Part shown: positions 9,581-19,973 of the stretch, piece after piece
Numbering within the stretch: position 1 is the first letter of the stretch
Layout of the letters: each line of letters opens with the position of its first letter
Source of the DNA: a virus
Length of the DNA: 64,000 nt
Reading direction: 5' to 3' (one strand)
Virus record (IMG/VR): IMGVR_UViG_3300008267_000030
Span: 8,150 to 72,149 of that record
The notes under the pieces: generated by a model
Databases searched by the model: none
Seen by the model: the letters and a program-made list of their open reading frames with translations, nothing else
Told to the model about the DNA's origin: nothing
Made by a program: the position numbers and the translations under genes

Positions 9581-11800
9581 TTAGCATCCGCAGGAAACAT
9601 CCGAATCTTCTAAGCATATCTGCTTTAATTTTTCATAGAACTCAATAGCGGTATCCCATTCGGTAATTTCTATTGCCGATAGCATGGCAACATAAATTGC
9701 GTAGAAGTCCAGATAGTCCTGGTTGCATTTTCCGCACATTACTTGTTGAAGGAACTCGTATCGCTTTCTGTTAATGCAATTGATTACATTATCATCAATC
9801 ATGATGCCCACTTTATCGTAGTACCACCCAGGAAACTCGGTCGCTATTTCCACGATATTTTGCTTGCCTTTATAGTCGGCATAGTTTGCAGTTTCCGTGT
9901 TTAGCGTCCATGATGAAACCAGTATGTCTGCAGTCTGAGGATTGCCAGCAATTGGATCAAGCATCCAAACAACAGTTGGACTGTAGATTTCAAATATTTG
10001 ACCAATATTGATGTAAACATTGGCCGGGCTTTCCAGATAAAAAATATACTGCCCCTTTGTAAAATTATTTACAAAGTTGGTCCCACTGCCTATTACGCTG
10101 TAGTATGTCCCATTTTCAAAATCCTTGAAGCGGCCATCAACGTCCTTAAAATTTAGGACATTAGGATTGCCCCATATCCAATCGCCCGGTTCAATAGGTA
10201 TGTCGTTTGGATTGTAAAACAACATCACAGTGTCGGTTGGAATTGAATCCGCCTGACCAAGCAAATTGTATTTGTACTGATCTTCCCCGTATGTATTGCT
10301 TACAACATAAATGGAGTCTCCAACATTAAACTGAGTTGTAAATTCCGTGCTGAATCCTTGAAATACATAACAAGACTGTTCTGAACCAAGCGAGGTTATC
10401 TGGCCAAAAGATGTACCCAGAAAAACAGTAGATGAATTTGAAGCGTACAATTGACTGCCTACGGTTATAGATAAGAAAACCGGAGCGGCCAACGTAATTT
10501 CTGTGTCGCTAACAATTTCGTCAATAATTCCAATTAAGGCTGTTTCTGCATAGTCTTTATCGCTGTAGTACAGGTATTGCCCTACTTGGTATTTGGTAAA
10601 CTCAGTATCAGTTCCCAGGACTGTAGTGCCGGATGCAGACAAAAATGTACCTCCAGAATATACAAAGTCGGTAACCTCCGTCCATGAATACATGATAAAA
10701 TCAAAGTTGCCTGGGATGTTACCGGTCAGGTCTTTTACGTTCAAAACCGTTTCGCTTACAACCTCAAGAACTTTACCGGTCAGAACAAATTCTTTTGTAG
10801 TGTTGTCCTTGTAATAAACATATTGGTCGTAGGCAAAACTCGTACTTACAAAACCAGCGTTTAAAGATGTAAGCGCAGAGTACGCAACCTCGGTATATGG
10901 GTCAACATTACTTACCAGACCATTGGCGTTTGCCATGTCTTGTATCTCTGTTGCATAACCATATAGCCGATTACCTTCTGAGGCATTAAACTCCTGAAGG
11001 TCTTTAAGATTAAGTCTGGTAGAGGTAAATACTTTGTCAACCTGCTCAATCTTTTCGAGCGCTCCCGTGGCCGGGCTTACACAATACAAATAGTCATCGG
11101 GAACTAAAATATTAAAATCTATTCCCTCAAGGCCATTAACAATATTGTAAGACCCTGTATCGTCATCATCGTATGACCCGCCGGATAATTTCTCGTTAAA
11201 ATAAGGAGCGGCAATTAGAATAATTTCATAAATGCCTCTTATTATCTCCTCTTCTCCTGCTGCGTTTAACTTTGTTGGAAAAGTTAACCCAAAATTGTAC
11301 GGTTCTTCGTCTTGATCTGGCTGAGTTTCTGGGAACTGTATTTGGTCTTTATATACATCCCAAATTCTGTAAACCGTCCACAGTCTTACATTTTCCCGAT
11401 ATGGCCTGTATTGATTATATGGCGCTGGCAGGACATTGTATCCGCCAGGATTATTAAGCGGGTTAGCGGGGTCGTAATAACCGGTTGCGTCTGGTACATT
11501 TAAAAGCAAATAATCAGCATCCGTAGATAGCGTCCCAATTTTCAATTTCAATTCCTTGATTTGATTTGGGTTCGCTGTTTCAACATACGAAATGATATTT
11601 GATGGGGTCTTAACTACCGGTCCATCAAAATTTGTAACAAAACTCCCGGAGATTTCGGCGGTTGTTTTAATTAAAACATCTGCGCTTACAGTGTTAAAAA
11701 ACGCCCGAATCAATCTGGACGATATTACAATAGGAGATTCCACCGGCGTACCAGTGTACGCAGTGAAAAACCCGGGCGTTTTGAATACTATTTGAGCCAC
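9581..11800 (-). CDS. tail hub-like structural protein carrying 5 tandem beta-rich repeats (probable GTG start at 11800)
   Basis: DATGYY...NNPGGY near the N-terminus and CGKC...CGC at the C-terminus, as in crAss-like tail proteins; internal repeats. Confidence 0.6.
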   Translation of the reverse strand: MAQIVFKTPGFFTAYTGTPVESPIVISSRLIRAFFNTVSADVLIKTTAEISGSFVTNFDGPVVKTPSNIISYVETANPNQIKELKLKIGTLSTDADYLLLNVPDATGYYDPANPLNNPGGYNVLPAPYNQYRPYRENVRLWTVYRIWDVYKDQIQFPETQPDQDEEPYNFGLTFPTKLNAAGEEEIIRGIYEIILIAAPYFNEKLSGGSYDDDDTGSYNIVNGLEGIDFNILVPDDYLYCVSPATGALEKIEQVDKVFTSTRLNLKDLQEFNASEGNRLYGYATEIQDMANANGLVSNVDPYTEVAYSALTSLNAGFVSTSFAYDQYVYYKDNTTKEFVLTGKVLEVVSETVLNVKDLTGNIPGNFDFIMYSWTEVTDFVYSGGTFLSASGTTVLGTDTEFTKYQVGQYLYYSDKDYAETALIGIIDEIVSDTEITLAAPVFLSITVGSQLYASNSSTVFLGTSFGQITSLGSEQSCYVFQGFSTEFTTQFNVGDSIYVVSNTYGEDQYKYNLLGQADSIPTDTVMLFYNPNDIPIEPGDWIWGNPNVLNFKDVDGRFKDFENGTYYSVIGSGTNFVNNFTKGQYIFYLESPANVYINIGQIFEIYSPTVVWMLDPIAGNPQTADILVSSWTLNTETANYADYKGKQNIVEIATEFPGWYYDKVGIMIDDNVINCINRKRYEFLQQVMCGKCNQDYLDFYAIYVAMLSAIEITEWDTAIEFYEKLKQICLEDSDVSCGC

Positions 11801-11810
11801 AAATTTTTTA

Positions 11811-12674
11811 TTAGTTTTGACCCGGCTGATTATTGCCAGCATCTACTCCAGTAGAAATATTATTATATCCAGCATTTTGCAAATCAGAGCCAAGTGTTTG
11901 AGCGCCAACCTCAATTCCATCCATATACTCCTGAGTTACAAATCTGTACAATGTTTGACTGTTAAAACTTGTGCTGCTCCCAATTTGCGGAGTTACTTTA
12001 ATCCAGACAAACTGGGGAAGAGAACCCGAGTCAAGCCAGTATTTTGTTGTTACATCTACACTGGAAGCAACCGTAAATTGGTTTATGGTTTCAAAAGTAA
12101 ACGAAATCTTAGTTAGCGTAGCAGCATTAGACAATGGAGTTCCAATAATTGAAACCTGCTCAATATAACTTTGAGTGTCTTTATTGAGACCAGTAAGCCC
12201 GTTACCAATTCTCCATTTATCTAACCCAAAGTCTGGGATATATTTTTTCCCGTTTGGCGCAAATGGAGGGCCAACTGTTTGAATCCTCATGTAAATTGAC
12301 TCCCCGGTTGTTATAAGTGAATAGGAGGCGTACAAATTAGATGTGCCAGCAATCCAAGTGCTATTTATCGGATCGGTAGTCAGAATCAAGTTTAGGTTAT
12401 CAACAAAACTGGCAATTTGCCCTACCAATTTGAAATCTCCAGTTGCCGCATCATTGTAATAAACATACATATTTGGCTTCCATAGAGTTTGAAACTGGCT
12501 GGATACTCCGGTTACCTTTTTTAAAGCCGGATCATAGGCGCTAAACTTGCCGCTTTGCAAAGGCGGCTCTATTGGCTCTGTTGGTGTGCCAGTTCCAAGA
12601 TTGCTTTGAGCAATACCAGTATTATTGGCGTTTATCCTATAATACGCAATTGAGGGACTTGTAAATTTAGGCAT
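11811..12674 (-). CDS. virion structural protein, probable paralog of 12681..13547
   Basis: Shares the repeat module and downstream motifs (IYMRI/IIMRI; SQTLYRF/ANTLYKM) with its neighbour. Confidence 0.65.
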   Translation of the reverse strand: MPKFTSPSIAYYRINANNTGIAQSNLGTGTPTEPIEPPLQSGKFSAYDPALKKVTGVSSQFQTLWKPNMYVYYNDAATGDFKLVGQIASFVDNLNLILTTDPINSTWIAGTSNLYASYSLITTGESIYMRIQTVGPPFAPNGKKYIPDFGLDKWRIGNGLTGLNKDTQSYIEQVSIIGTPLSNAATLTKISFTFETINQFTVASSVDVTTKYWLDSGSLPQFVWIKVTPQIGSSTSFNSQTLYRFVTQEYMDGIEVGAQTLGSDLQNAGYNNISTGVDAGNNQPGQN

Positions 12675-12680
12675 GACTTT

Positions 12681-13547
12681 TTAGTATCCTGATGTTGTGA
12701 GAAATAAAACTGGGTAATTTACTGTAGCCAAAATTCCGTTTTCGGCAAAAGATTCATTGGCAAACATTTTATACAGCGTGTTCGCTGGCAAACTTTGTGT
12801 TAAAGAATCTCCGTATGGGTCCAAAAGTGCGTAAGCGTAATTTGGAAACAAACTTTGATTTGCAAACACATATTGATTTCCGCCAGTTGTAATTTTTGGA
12901 TATTCCCATATTGCCTTAATGGTAAATTGAACCGACACTGGGCTTACCGCAGACTGGCTCGGGTCGTTTATTTGGCTGTAAGTAGCCATACTAACCGAAG
13001 ACGCTTTATTAAAACTCGTTAACTCGTTTGCTGTAATTCTGTACGCATTCCAATTTGGAAGCCATATCTGCCCAGGAGCCTTTGTTACAACCGGGATTCT
13101 CATAATTATTTGCTCGGTTGTCCCAATAAGGGTTTTTGTCTTGCCGCAATATGTTGAATACAATTGACCTCCAGTGGGAGTTGCGCTTATTCCGACGGGA
13201 CTGTTGGCCGTCAAAGTTATTTGAGTTGGCCCGTCAACATTTGCAATCTTACCCAATAAAACTGGCTGCGCTCCGGCGGTATAATAAAACATATAATCGC
13301 CCTGCAAAAAGTCATTCTCAAAATCCGTATTGACTCCTTGAACTGTAGGTGAGTTTGTCGCTGCCGACAATATTTTACCTGTGGCCAGAGTAACGGGCGT
13401 GAATATATCGGTAAGTGCGTCTGCAGATGCGTTTATTAACTTGGCAACCTGCAAATTTGCTTCAGTTGCTTTTGCAAATACGATTCCAGATGCGGTATAT
13501 ATTCCCTTTACTATGTTTGCCGTATTAGGGCCTGATGCTGCTGCCAT
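12681..13547 (-). CDS. virion structural protein (decoration/fibre-like)
   Basis: T/A/G-rich, one copy of the repeat module, own promoter element. Confidence 0.65.
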   Translation of the reverse strand: MAAASGPNTANIVKGIYTASGIVFAKATEANLQVAKLINASADALTDIFTPVTLATGKILSAATNSPTVQGVNTDFENDFLQGDYMFYYTAGAQPVLLGKIANVDGPTQITLTANSPVGISATPTGGQLYSTYCGKTKTLIGTTEQIIMRIPVVTKAPGQIWLPNWNAYRITANELTSFNKASSVSMATYSQINDPSQSAVSPVSVQFTIKAIWEYPKITTGGNQYVFANQSLFPNYAYALLDPYGDSLTQSLPANTLYKMFANESFAENGILATVNYPVLFLTTSGY

Positions 13548-13563
13548 AATCTACAGATTTTCG

Positions 13564-13571
13564 CAAATATA
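13564..13571 (-). promoter_or_regulatory. Bacteroidota -7 element (TATATTTG)
   Basis: TAnnTTTG in an AT-rich intergenic region upstream of 13547. Confidence 0.6.
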
Positions 13572-13602
13572 GAATTTTTAAGTTGTCTTAATTTTTTTTC
13601 TA

Positions 13603-13803
13603 CTACCTGTAATTCGTTGCTGTATAGGTTAGTAACTGATTGGCAGTAATCTGATCGTTTACCTGCGCACTAAGCCTAAAAATAACTTCTTGGTAAAAAG
13701 CAAGCAACTCATTAGTCATCTGCGATGGCCTTACGCATCCTCCAGCAATGTCATTGGTAAGAGAATTTATATACTTCGTGTAAAGGCTTTGAATGGTATC
13801 CAT
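13603..13803 (-). CDS. small hypothetical structural-module protein
   Basis: 66-aa ORF filling the gap after a terminator. Confidence 0.55.
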   Translation of the reverse strand: MDTIQSLYTKYINSLTNDIAGGCVRPSQMTNELLAFYQEVIFRLSAQVNDQITANQLLTYTATNYR

Positions 13804-13828
13804 TTTAGTAAATGCTTGGCGTAAATAT

Positions 13829-13855
13829 AAAAAAAATCCCCCGCAATGCAGGGGA
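13829..13855 (-). terminator. intrinsic terminator
   Basis: Minus strand reads TCCCCTGC-ATT-GCGGGGGA followed by T8. Confidence 0.75.
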
Positions 13856-13906
13856 CCTTTTATTTAGAGGTAAAAGTGGGAGTAGAGAGCAATCTCTTGC
13901 TCAGTA

Positions 13907-14863
13907 TTATTCTCCGGATACGACCGTTTTAAGGGCCTTTTCCAGTTCTTTCTGCATAATCAACTTGTCTGCAGCGCCTTTGCTTCCAAGCAGGTAGTTG
14001 ACCAGGGTCTGCTTTTGCGACTTTTCATCAGTGTCTTCCGCAAAATTAACAATGCCCTTGTTGCCGGTTTTGCCTTTGGTAAAGTACCAGCCCAGTCCTG
14101 CCTTGTCATTGACAATGATGCCCATGGTAATAGCATCATCGATTTGCTGACGGATTTTAAGAGCATCAAGGTCCTGAATTGCTTCAACGACTTTGTTGGG
14201 ATCGTTTTGAACAAAGGCATCCAGATAAACGATGAGCGGCTGCAGGGCTTTTGTCCCTGTGTATGGAGCGACCGGATTAAGTTGCTGACTCAACGCATAC
14301 AGCACCTCAACATCGGTAATCTGCTCAAGCGCACGTTCGGCGGAACGACGCTGCTCAATCATAGACGCCCTGGCGTTAATCATTGCGGCCTCATTAACGT
14401 ACTCTACCAGATACGGAGAACCGTTGTTGTCAAGGCCAAGTACATTATCCTTGTTAAACGGCGCCAGCATAAGAGCATACCAGGCAAGTTGATCCTCTAC
14501 ATTATTTTTGTAAAGAGTAATCATGCCGTTTTCGTCGCCAAAGAACACCTTCCGAATTGCAACTGGCCTGCCTTCTTGAGTATTGATAAAAGCGCAAATT
14601 TTATAGGCGTTTCCAGATTCTCTGTCCAGAAGAGTGTATCCTAATTTGATGCTAAAAGTGCCAATTGATTTGACGTAAAAAGGAGTTCCATCTTCTTTGC
14701 CGCCATCACGAACTCGAACTGGAACCCACCAACTTTGGCCAACTCGAAACTTTTCCTCCTCCTGCATTGGAGGGACTTTTTTAAACAACTGTGGGCAATT
14801 GTTGTAAATTTCGCTATCGCTTACTTTGTAAACCGGTAGCCCCACATTTTCATTTTCTTTCAT
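13907..14863 (-). CDS. capsid-module protein downstream of the MCP (crAss gp75-like position); start MKENENV
   Basis: The ORF-track start at 14953 would run through the MCP terminator; the ATG at 14863 follows a TATTTTGC element. Confidence 0.65.
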   Translation of the reverse strand: MKENENVGLPVYKVSDSEIYNNCPQLFKKVPPMQEEEKFRVGQSWWVPVRVRDGGKEDGTPFYVKSIGTFSIKLGYTLLDRESGNAYKICAFINTQEGRPVAIRKVFFGDENGMITLYKNNVEDQLAWYALMLAPFNKDNVLGLDNNGSPYLVEYVNEAAMINARASMIEQRRSAERALEQITDVEVLYALSQQLNPVAPYTGTKALQPLIVYLDAFVQNDPNKVVEAIQDLDALKIRQQIDDAITMGIIVNDKAGLGWYFTKGKTGNKGIVNFAEDTDEKSQKQTLVNYLLGSKGAADKLIMQKELEKALKTVVSGE

Positions 14864-14894
14864 AAGTATTTTTTTATTTGGTTGCAAAATACAT

Positions 14895-14916
14895 AAAAAA
14901 GGGGCATTACTGCCCC
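14895..14916 (-). terminator. intrinsic terminator after the major capsid gene
   Basis: GGGGCA-GTAA-TGCCCC followed by T6; GNRA tetraloop. Confidence 0.85.
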
Positions 14917-14936
14917 CTTTTCTTTTTTTGGCACTA

Positions 14937-16394
14937 TTAGGCTGTGCGTACAAAGAACATTGACTTTTTGGCTCCCTGCATACGGAATGCGGTAGTTTCA
15001 GTCAGTGTCATGCGGCTTGCCTCATAGCCAAGGATGGCAGAACCCTGAAAAATTTCATTGCGAAGAGCCTGAGTTCCATCTCCATTGCGCTGCTCAAGGT
15101 TGAGGATAGCAAATTCAGGAACAGAACCAGGAGTTGCGAATGAATTTTGGTCCTGAGCATCAGCGTAGCCACGTCCGGCAGATACGATGGTGTTTGACCT
15201 TTCGTAGTAAGACGCAGTAATAGAAGATGCAAAGGTCTTGGTGTTCATCAACTCTGGGTGAGCATATTCACGAACCGGTTTGATGTGGTGCGTAAATCCT
15301 GCTTCAGCATCAACAATTGACGCAAAACCAAGTTTAATTGCACGATCCCGGGCGCCAGTATCTCCACCAAATGCGTCATAGCGCAGGTTGGTTTGAGTAG
15401 CAGTACCCTGATCGAGCAGACCGGAAAGACCAACCTTGAACTCAAATCCCATAAAGTGAGTCAGTTCAGAACCCATTTGACCAGCGCCCCTTGCATAACG
15501 AACAACTTCACGAAGCCATTCTCTGGCGAGAACATTGGTTGACAAATCGGTTGTGAGGTCAGAGTATCCAAAAGCCTGGGCAAGCGGAATAAGACCAACG
15601 GTTTTCTGGCGTCCGTTGTAGGAAGAGCCGTCAGCAATCAGAACGTCAATTGACTTGAGGATTTCATGACGAACGTAGGTGTCCAGTTTTGCAATCAGGT
15701 CTTCAAAGTATTTACCCTGTACGCTGTACTGCTTCATCAGTGAGCCAGCAAGCATGGTAATTTCCGGCTGAGAGGTCATCATATACTGGAACAGCACGTC
15801 AAAACGGCTGTCTGTCTGACTCATTCCCTGTGGAAAAGTATCTTTTTCCTTAGATGCGTCGGCCAGGAAAGAGATTTTTTTACCGGCAGTAAAAAGGGCG
15901 GCATCTCCAGCGCTTGCGCAAGCAATGGTAATTGTGTGGTTGTTGTTTGTGGCAACAGGCTTACTTACAGCGGTAATCTGGCCTTGTACAGGACCGCCAT
16001 CAAGAAGCACATATTGACGAACAATACCGGGAGACACATAGTTAGGAGCCGCAACAGTACCAATGTTAAACACAGAGTTTGTGTTCAGAGTAATGGTTAC
16101 GTTTGAACCGGAAACGGTTGGGCTGGCTCCAATTGTCGCTGCTTTAAAGCGGCTACCACGCTCAAAGTGAGTGTGTTTGGTGGTGTTGGTCGTTACGGTA
16201 CGTCCGGTTTTCATGAAATACGTTGACATTGACTCCATGAAAAAATTCATGTCCTCAAAGTTTTGAAACGCTTTCTCGACTACATCACGACGAGTAACAA
16301 AATCTGCAATAATTTGTTGGGCCACTTCGGATTCGCCTGCGGCGTACCCAAACGGGCCTTGCCCGGTGGTAATTAAAAGATCATTTGCTGCCAT
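14937..16394 (-). CDS. major capsid protein (crAss-like)
   Basis: 485 aa, third in the order portal, scaffold-like, MCP; followed by a strong terminator. Assigned mainly by synteny and size. Confidence 0.75.
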   Translation of the reverse strand: MAANDLLITTGQGPFGYAAGESEVAQQIIADFVTRRDVVEKAFQNFEDMNFFMESMSTYFMKTGRTVTTNTTKHTHFERGSRFKAATIGASPTVSGSNVTITLNTNSVFNIGTVAAPNYVSPGIVRQYVLLDGGPVQGQITAVSKPVATNNNHTITIACASAGDAALFTAGKKISFLADASKEKDTFPQGMSQTDSRFDVLFQYMMTSQPEITMLAGSLMKQYSVQGKYFEDLIAKLDTYVRHEILKSIDVLIADGSSYNGRQKTVGLIPLAQAFGYSDLTTDLSTNVLAREWLREVVRYARGAGQMGSELTHFMGFEFKVGLSGLLDQGTATQTNLRYDAFGGDTGARDRAIKLGFASIVDAEAGFTHHIKPVREYAHPELMNTKTFASSITASYYERSNTIVSAGRGYADAQDQNSFATPGSVPEFAILNLEQRNGDGTQALRNEIFQGSAILGYEASRMTLTETTAFRMQGAKKSMFFVRTA

Positions 16395-16425
16395 TTTCTT
16401 TTTTCTTTAATAGTTTTGATAATAA

Positions 16426-17607
16426 TTAAGACCCGATCATCGGGTTAAGTTTTTTGTAGAACTCATCCGCTTTGTTTCGGACTGCGTCTTTGCGCATCTC
16501 CTCTTCGCTCTGGGCCGGAGTTTCGCTCTTAATCAATCCTAAATTTTTGCGGAGTTCATCCACAGATTTTCCGGAACCTTCCGCCATCCCGTCGGCGTAG
16601 CGGCGCTCTCCGATTCTTTGCCCGTACTTATCCAGCAGTTTGGGCAATGACGCTTCCAGGGCCTCCAACTGCAGTATTTTCTGGATGTCCAATGACGTCG
16701 GCTTTCCATCAGGACCGACTTTCATGAACTTAGATTCCAGATACGCTTGTGGGTCAGATATAATCTGTTGCGCCCTTTCCCGAAAACCCTCCAATTCATC
16801 AATGGGGACTTCCAGGCTGTCATCGCCTGCGAAATTGATTTGATACTGCGTGAACGAGTTAACTTCATCCTGGAAGTTCTTTCTGTCCTCTTCGCTCAAA
16901 CCTCGCATTTTTTGACTGCCAGATGTACCGGCGTATTCTGCCAAGGCGGGAACCAGTCCTTTGTAGAACTCAGAAAGTTCATTTTTCTTGCTCTGGGCAA
17001 GACCGTCGAACTTCTCTTTGTAATACGGGGACAAACCGTAGCCCTCCAAGTCAAAGTCTATTAAAAGGTTGGGGTCTCCCAACTCCTTCTTCAATTCTAC
17101 AAGCCAACCGTCCTGAATTGCTTCGGGACTCATGTTGGGGTTGTTCTTTGCAAATACATCCATCAAAACGTGGTCGATACCCATTTCATCGACGTTTGTA
17201 TCCGCAAGTCCCATAATGCGATATGCCTCCGGGCCATATTGTTTGTATAACTCAACAATCTGCTTTTCCCGGGGGTCTTGCTGACCAAGAAGAGCCATTA
17301 GGTCTTCAACGCTTTTAACTTTACCGCCAGTCAATTCCTCAATGTTTGGAATTGAATTAGGGTCTGGTGGCGCCTGTTGCGCTGCGGCCTGCTGCTGCAT
17401 TGCAGCCATTTCTTCCGGAGACATTTCCTGTCCGCCTTGCTGCTGTGCCATTTGCTGTTCTGCAGCCATTTGCGCAGCGGCCTGATCGTCAAGTTCGCTA
17501 TTCATGCCGGGAATTACCGGACTTTGCCCACCTTCACCGCCTTGAGCGGCTTCTTCTTCTTGCTTCAACCGACGGTATTCTTCGATTGGGTCTTGGATTT
17601 CAGCCAT
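16426..17607 (-). CDS. acidic scaffold-like protein between portal and MCP (start MAEIQ)
   Basis: Very acidic, Q/A-rich disordered N-terminus; position; TAATTTGC element upstream. Confidence 0.6.
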   Translation of the reverse strand: MAEIQDPIEEYRRLKQEEEAAQGGEGGQSPVIPGMNSELDDQAAAQMAAEQQMAQQQGGQEMSPEEMAAMQQQAAAQQAPPDPNSIPNIEELTGGKVKSVEDLMALLGQQDPREKQIVELYKQYGPEAYRIMGLADTNVDEMGIDHVLMDVFAKNNPNMSPEAIQDGWLVELKKELGDPNLLIDFDLEGYGLSPYYKEKFDGLAQSKKNELSEFYKGLVPALAEYAGTSGSQKMRGLSEEDRKNFQDEVNSFTQYQINFAGDDSLEVPIDELEGFRERAQQIISDPQAYLESKFMKVGPDGKPTSLDIQKILQLEALEASLPKLLDKYGQRIGERRYADGMAEGSGKSVDELRKNLGLIKSETPAQSEEEMRKDAVRNKADEFYKKLNPMIGS

Positions 17608-17647
17608 ATTTTGCAAATTAAAAATTAGAAATGTTAGTTTTCAAATA

Positions 17648-19963
17648 TTACGATTCTTTTTTCTTGTCCTCTTTCAGCAATTGTGCAACTTTTGTTGCTA
17701 TTGCTTCGATATGAGACTCGTCAAGTTGCATTTTCTGGATTTCCTGCTGATGTTTTTGGCCTTCAATTTCAGACTCATTCTCAGCCTTCAAATCCTCGAG
17801 ACCCATAGCCCCTTCATTTTTGGCCTGTTGTACGGCCATATCCGCCTGGCCCTTACCTTGTGCTTTTGCTTGCTCGACTGCTATTTTAGAATCGGTCTGC
17901 ATTTGGACAAACTGAGCCTGGGTCTGGTTGTTCTGCTCCATCTGCTGCTGAGCCGCTGCTTCCTGGGCCATACGAGCCTTTTTCTCTTTTAACGCAAAAA
18001 TCTGCTGAGCGTACTTAACGTCATTAATGTTTTCAATTTCAAACACATCAGACATATCAAGCGTTCCATTTTCAATTGCCCGGTCCATAAACTGATACAG
18101 GCGCTCCCAACGCTGCTCCGTTGGAACATTTTCAACGTACAGGTTGTACACGTTCTGCCATACATCATCGCTGTTAATTTCGTATGGTATCCCCTGAAAA
18201 TTACCCTTTGTCCCCATGTACTTAAACATAAGAATAAGGTATTTGCAAGACCGGATATAGATGTTTTGTACTGCGTCGTAGTATGGTTTAAGAGACACGG
18301 TTGCGTTGTTAATCATCAACTCGCTGACTCCCTTTCCGGTTCTTGTCCCTGGTAGCGTACCGGTCATCTGTGGAGGCACGGACATAAATTCTCTTAAAGA
18401 AGATACGTTTGCCGCCATAAGATCAAGCAAGGCTCGGAGTTTACCGACATCATCCGCATTCTCAATACCAATTGGCATATCACGGTTCTGGTTCATGTTC
18501 CGGGTGTAACTCTCGGAATTGTAAATGGCAATACCATCTGTAAACAATTCTTTGGCAAGTTCAAATCCGGTAACCTTCCCGCCGCCTGGCTTCATCATTA
18601 CGTTCTGGAAACCCTTCATGTCCACCTTAATAATAGGAGGCAGAATGTTCTTGGCAATCCTTCTGGCCTTAACCCAGCATTGCTGGATCATGTCGATATA
18701 CTCTACAGCCTTTTCTACGGGGCTGCTGTTTTGACCGTCTAAGGCAGCGGGCCTATAGCCTACAAATCCGCTATGGCAGGTAAAATAATCTACCAAATCG
18801 CTGTCTCTTTCTTGTCCGTATTCCCGGGCCGACGGCGTAACTTTACCCCATTGGTACATTTCTTTCGTACCAATAATAAGTTTGCCCGCATACCTATACT
18901 GTAGCGCTTTCTCGTTAATAATGTCTTTGCCAGACTTATTCATCCCGACAAAGGTTCTTTCACGACCATCGCTACAGGTTCTTCTGGAGATAGTCAGCCT
19001 TTCCGTGCGCTGATATTCATAGTCCAGGACCGGGATAACCTTATCTGCTTTAAGCAGCGGCATATATCCAGCCATGAAGAATGTATTGATTGACCCACGG
19101 CCAGTAGTTAGCGCCGTAAACCTTTGAAAAAAGTTTTCCGCCGTTGTAGCCATCGCCGCAACCTGGTCCCAGTTTTCAATCCATCCTTCGCCTTCATATT
19201 CCAGTTCGTCCAGCGGTACAAGAATGATTTCTGAAAACCATTGCGAATCAGACAGGTCATTGTGCCTTGTGTAGTTTGATTGACAGTAAAGCGGATTCCA
19301 TGCCCGTAGTTTGACTCTTCTGGACATTGAGTCTATTCTGATCCCGCCTACTCCGTACACAATAAGATATTGCCTGAGCGCTTCAAGCACTGCAGGCATA
19401 TTCTGATTGTTAAAAAAGTTTTTTAGAGCCATCTGCATATTTGCTTCGTCGGCAAACTGCTTGTTTTGAATGGTGCGCTCCAGATCAAACGGGTCAATCG
19501 GAAGTTCGTCAATTGACATTCCGAGTTCATCAAATAGGTTTTGAATGGCAATATTGGTCTTTTTCAGGTCCATTGCCAGTTCAAGTTTTGATTTAAAATC
19601 GGCCCGGAGGTCATTGGCCCTTGCGTCAACCCGATACACCGTAGGCGTAAAAACCTGCTGGCTCATGTTGCCAAGCAGGGTAACGATAACCTGGTTAAGG
19701 ATTTTTAGGTTTCGTCCCACATCTTCGGTAAACGGCTCCGGGTTCTGTACGTTAATGTCGTACTTTGACCGGTATCTGGTTTGGTCCTGGATGCCGAGAG
19801 CATACATAGCCAGTTCTTTAAACCTGGTTACGTTCCACTGACTGTTGTAGCGAGTGCCGAGGCTGTAGTTGTAATACATCCTTTCGGCGTTTTTAATCAA
19901 CTTTTGTTTCAGTTTATCTCCTGAACTCGCTTTTAATTCTTCAATCAGTCTTTCCTCTTCCAT
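17648..19963 (-). CDS. portal protein (crAss-like; start MEEER)
   Basis: About 770 aa; YALGIQD...Y near the N-terminus; C-terminal Q-rich coiled coil typical of podophage portal barrels; synteny. Confidence 0.8.
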   Translation of the reverse strand: MEEERLIEELKASSGDKLKQKLIKNAERMYYNYSLGTRYNSQWNVTRFKELAMYALGIQDQTRYRSKYDINVQNPEPFTEDVGRNLKILNQVIVTLLGNMSQQVFTPTVYRVDARANDLRADFKSKLELAMDLKKTNIAIQNLFDELGMSIDELPIDPFDLERTIQNKQFADEANMQMALKNFFNNQNMPAVLEALRQYLIVYGVGGIRIDSMSRRVKLRAWNPLYCQSNYTRHNDLSDSQWFSEIILVPLDELEYEGEGWIENWDQVAAMATTAENFFQRFTALTTGRGSINTFFMAGYMPLLKADKVIPVLDYEYQRTERLTISRRTCSDGRERTFVGMNKSGKDIINEKALQYRYAGKLIIGTKEMYQWGKVTPSAREYGQERDSDLVDYFTCHSGFVGYRPAALDGQNSSPVEKAVEYIDMIQQCWVKARRIAKNILPPIIKVDMKGFQNVMMKPGGGKVTGFELAKELFTDGIAIYNSESYTRNMNQNRDMPIGIENADDVGKLRALLDLMAANVSSLREFMSVPPQMTGTLPGTRTGKGVSELMINNATVSLKPYYDAVQNIYIRSCKYLILMFKYMGTKGNFQGIPYEINSDDVWQNVYNLYVENVPTEQRWERLYQFMDRAIENGTLDMSDVFEIENINDVKYAQQIFALKEKKARMAQEAAAQQQMEQNNQTQAQFVQMQTDSKIAVEQAKAQGKGQADMAVQQAKNEGAMGLEDLKAENESEIEGQKHQQEIQKMQLDESHIEAIATKVAQLLKEDKKKES

Positions 19964-19973
19964 GATTTTATTT

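Noticed and set aside
14015-14644. Long antisense ORFs (also 37003..37554, 361..834, 1423..1863 and others)
   Set aside because: Shadow frames opposite well-supported genes, with no motifs or expression signals.
14864-14953. ORF-track N-terminal extensions (also for the portal, ssb, lipoprotein, AsnRS-like and RepL-like genes)
   Set aside because: They cross terminators, promoters or upstream genes; downstream starts fit better.
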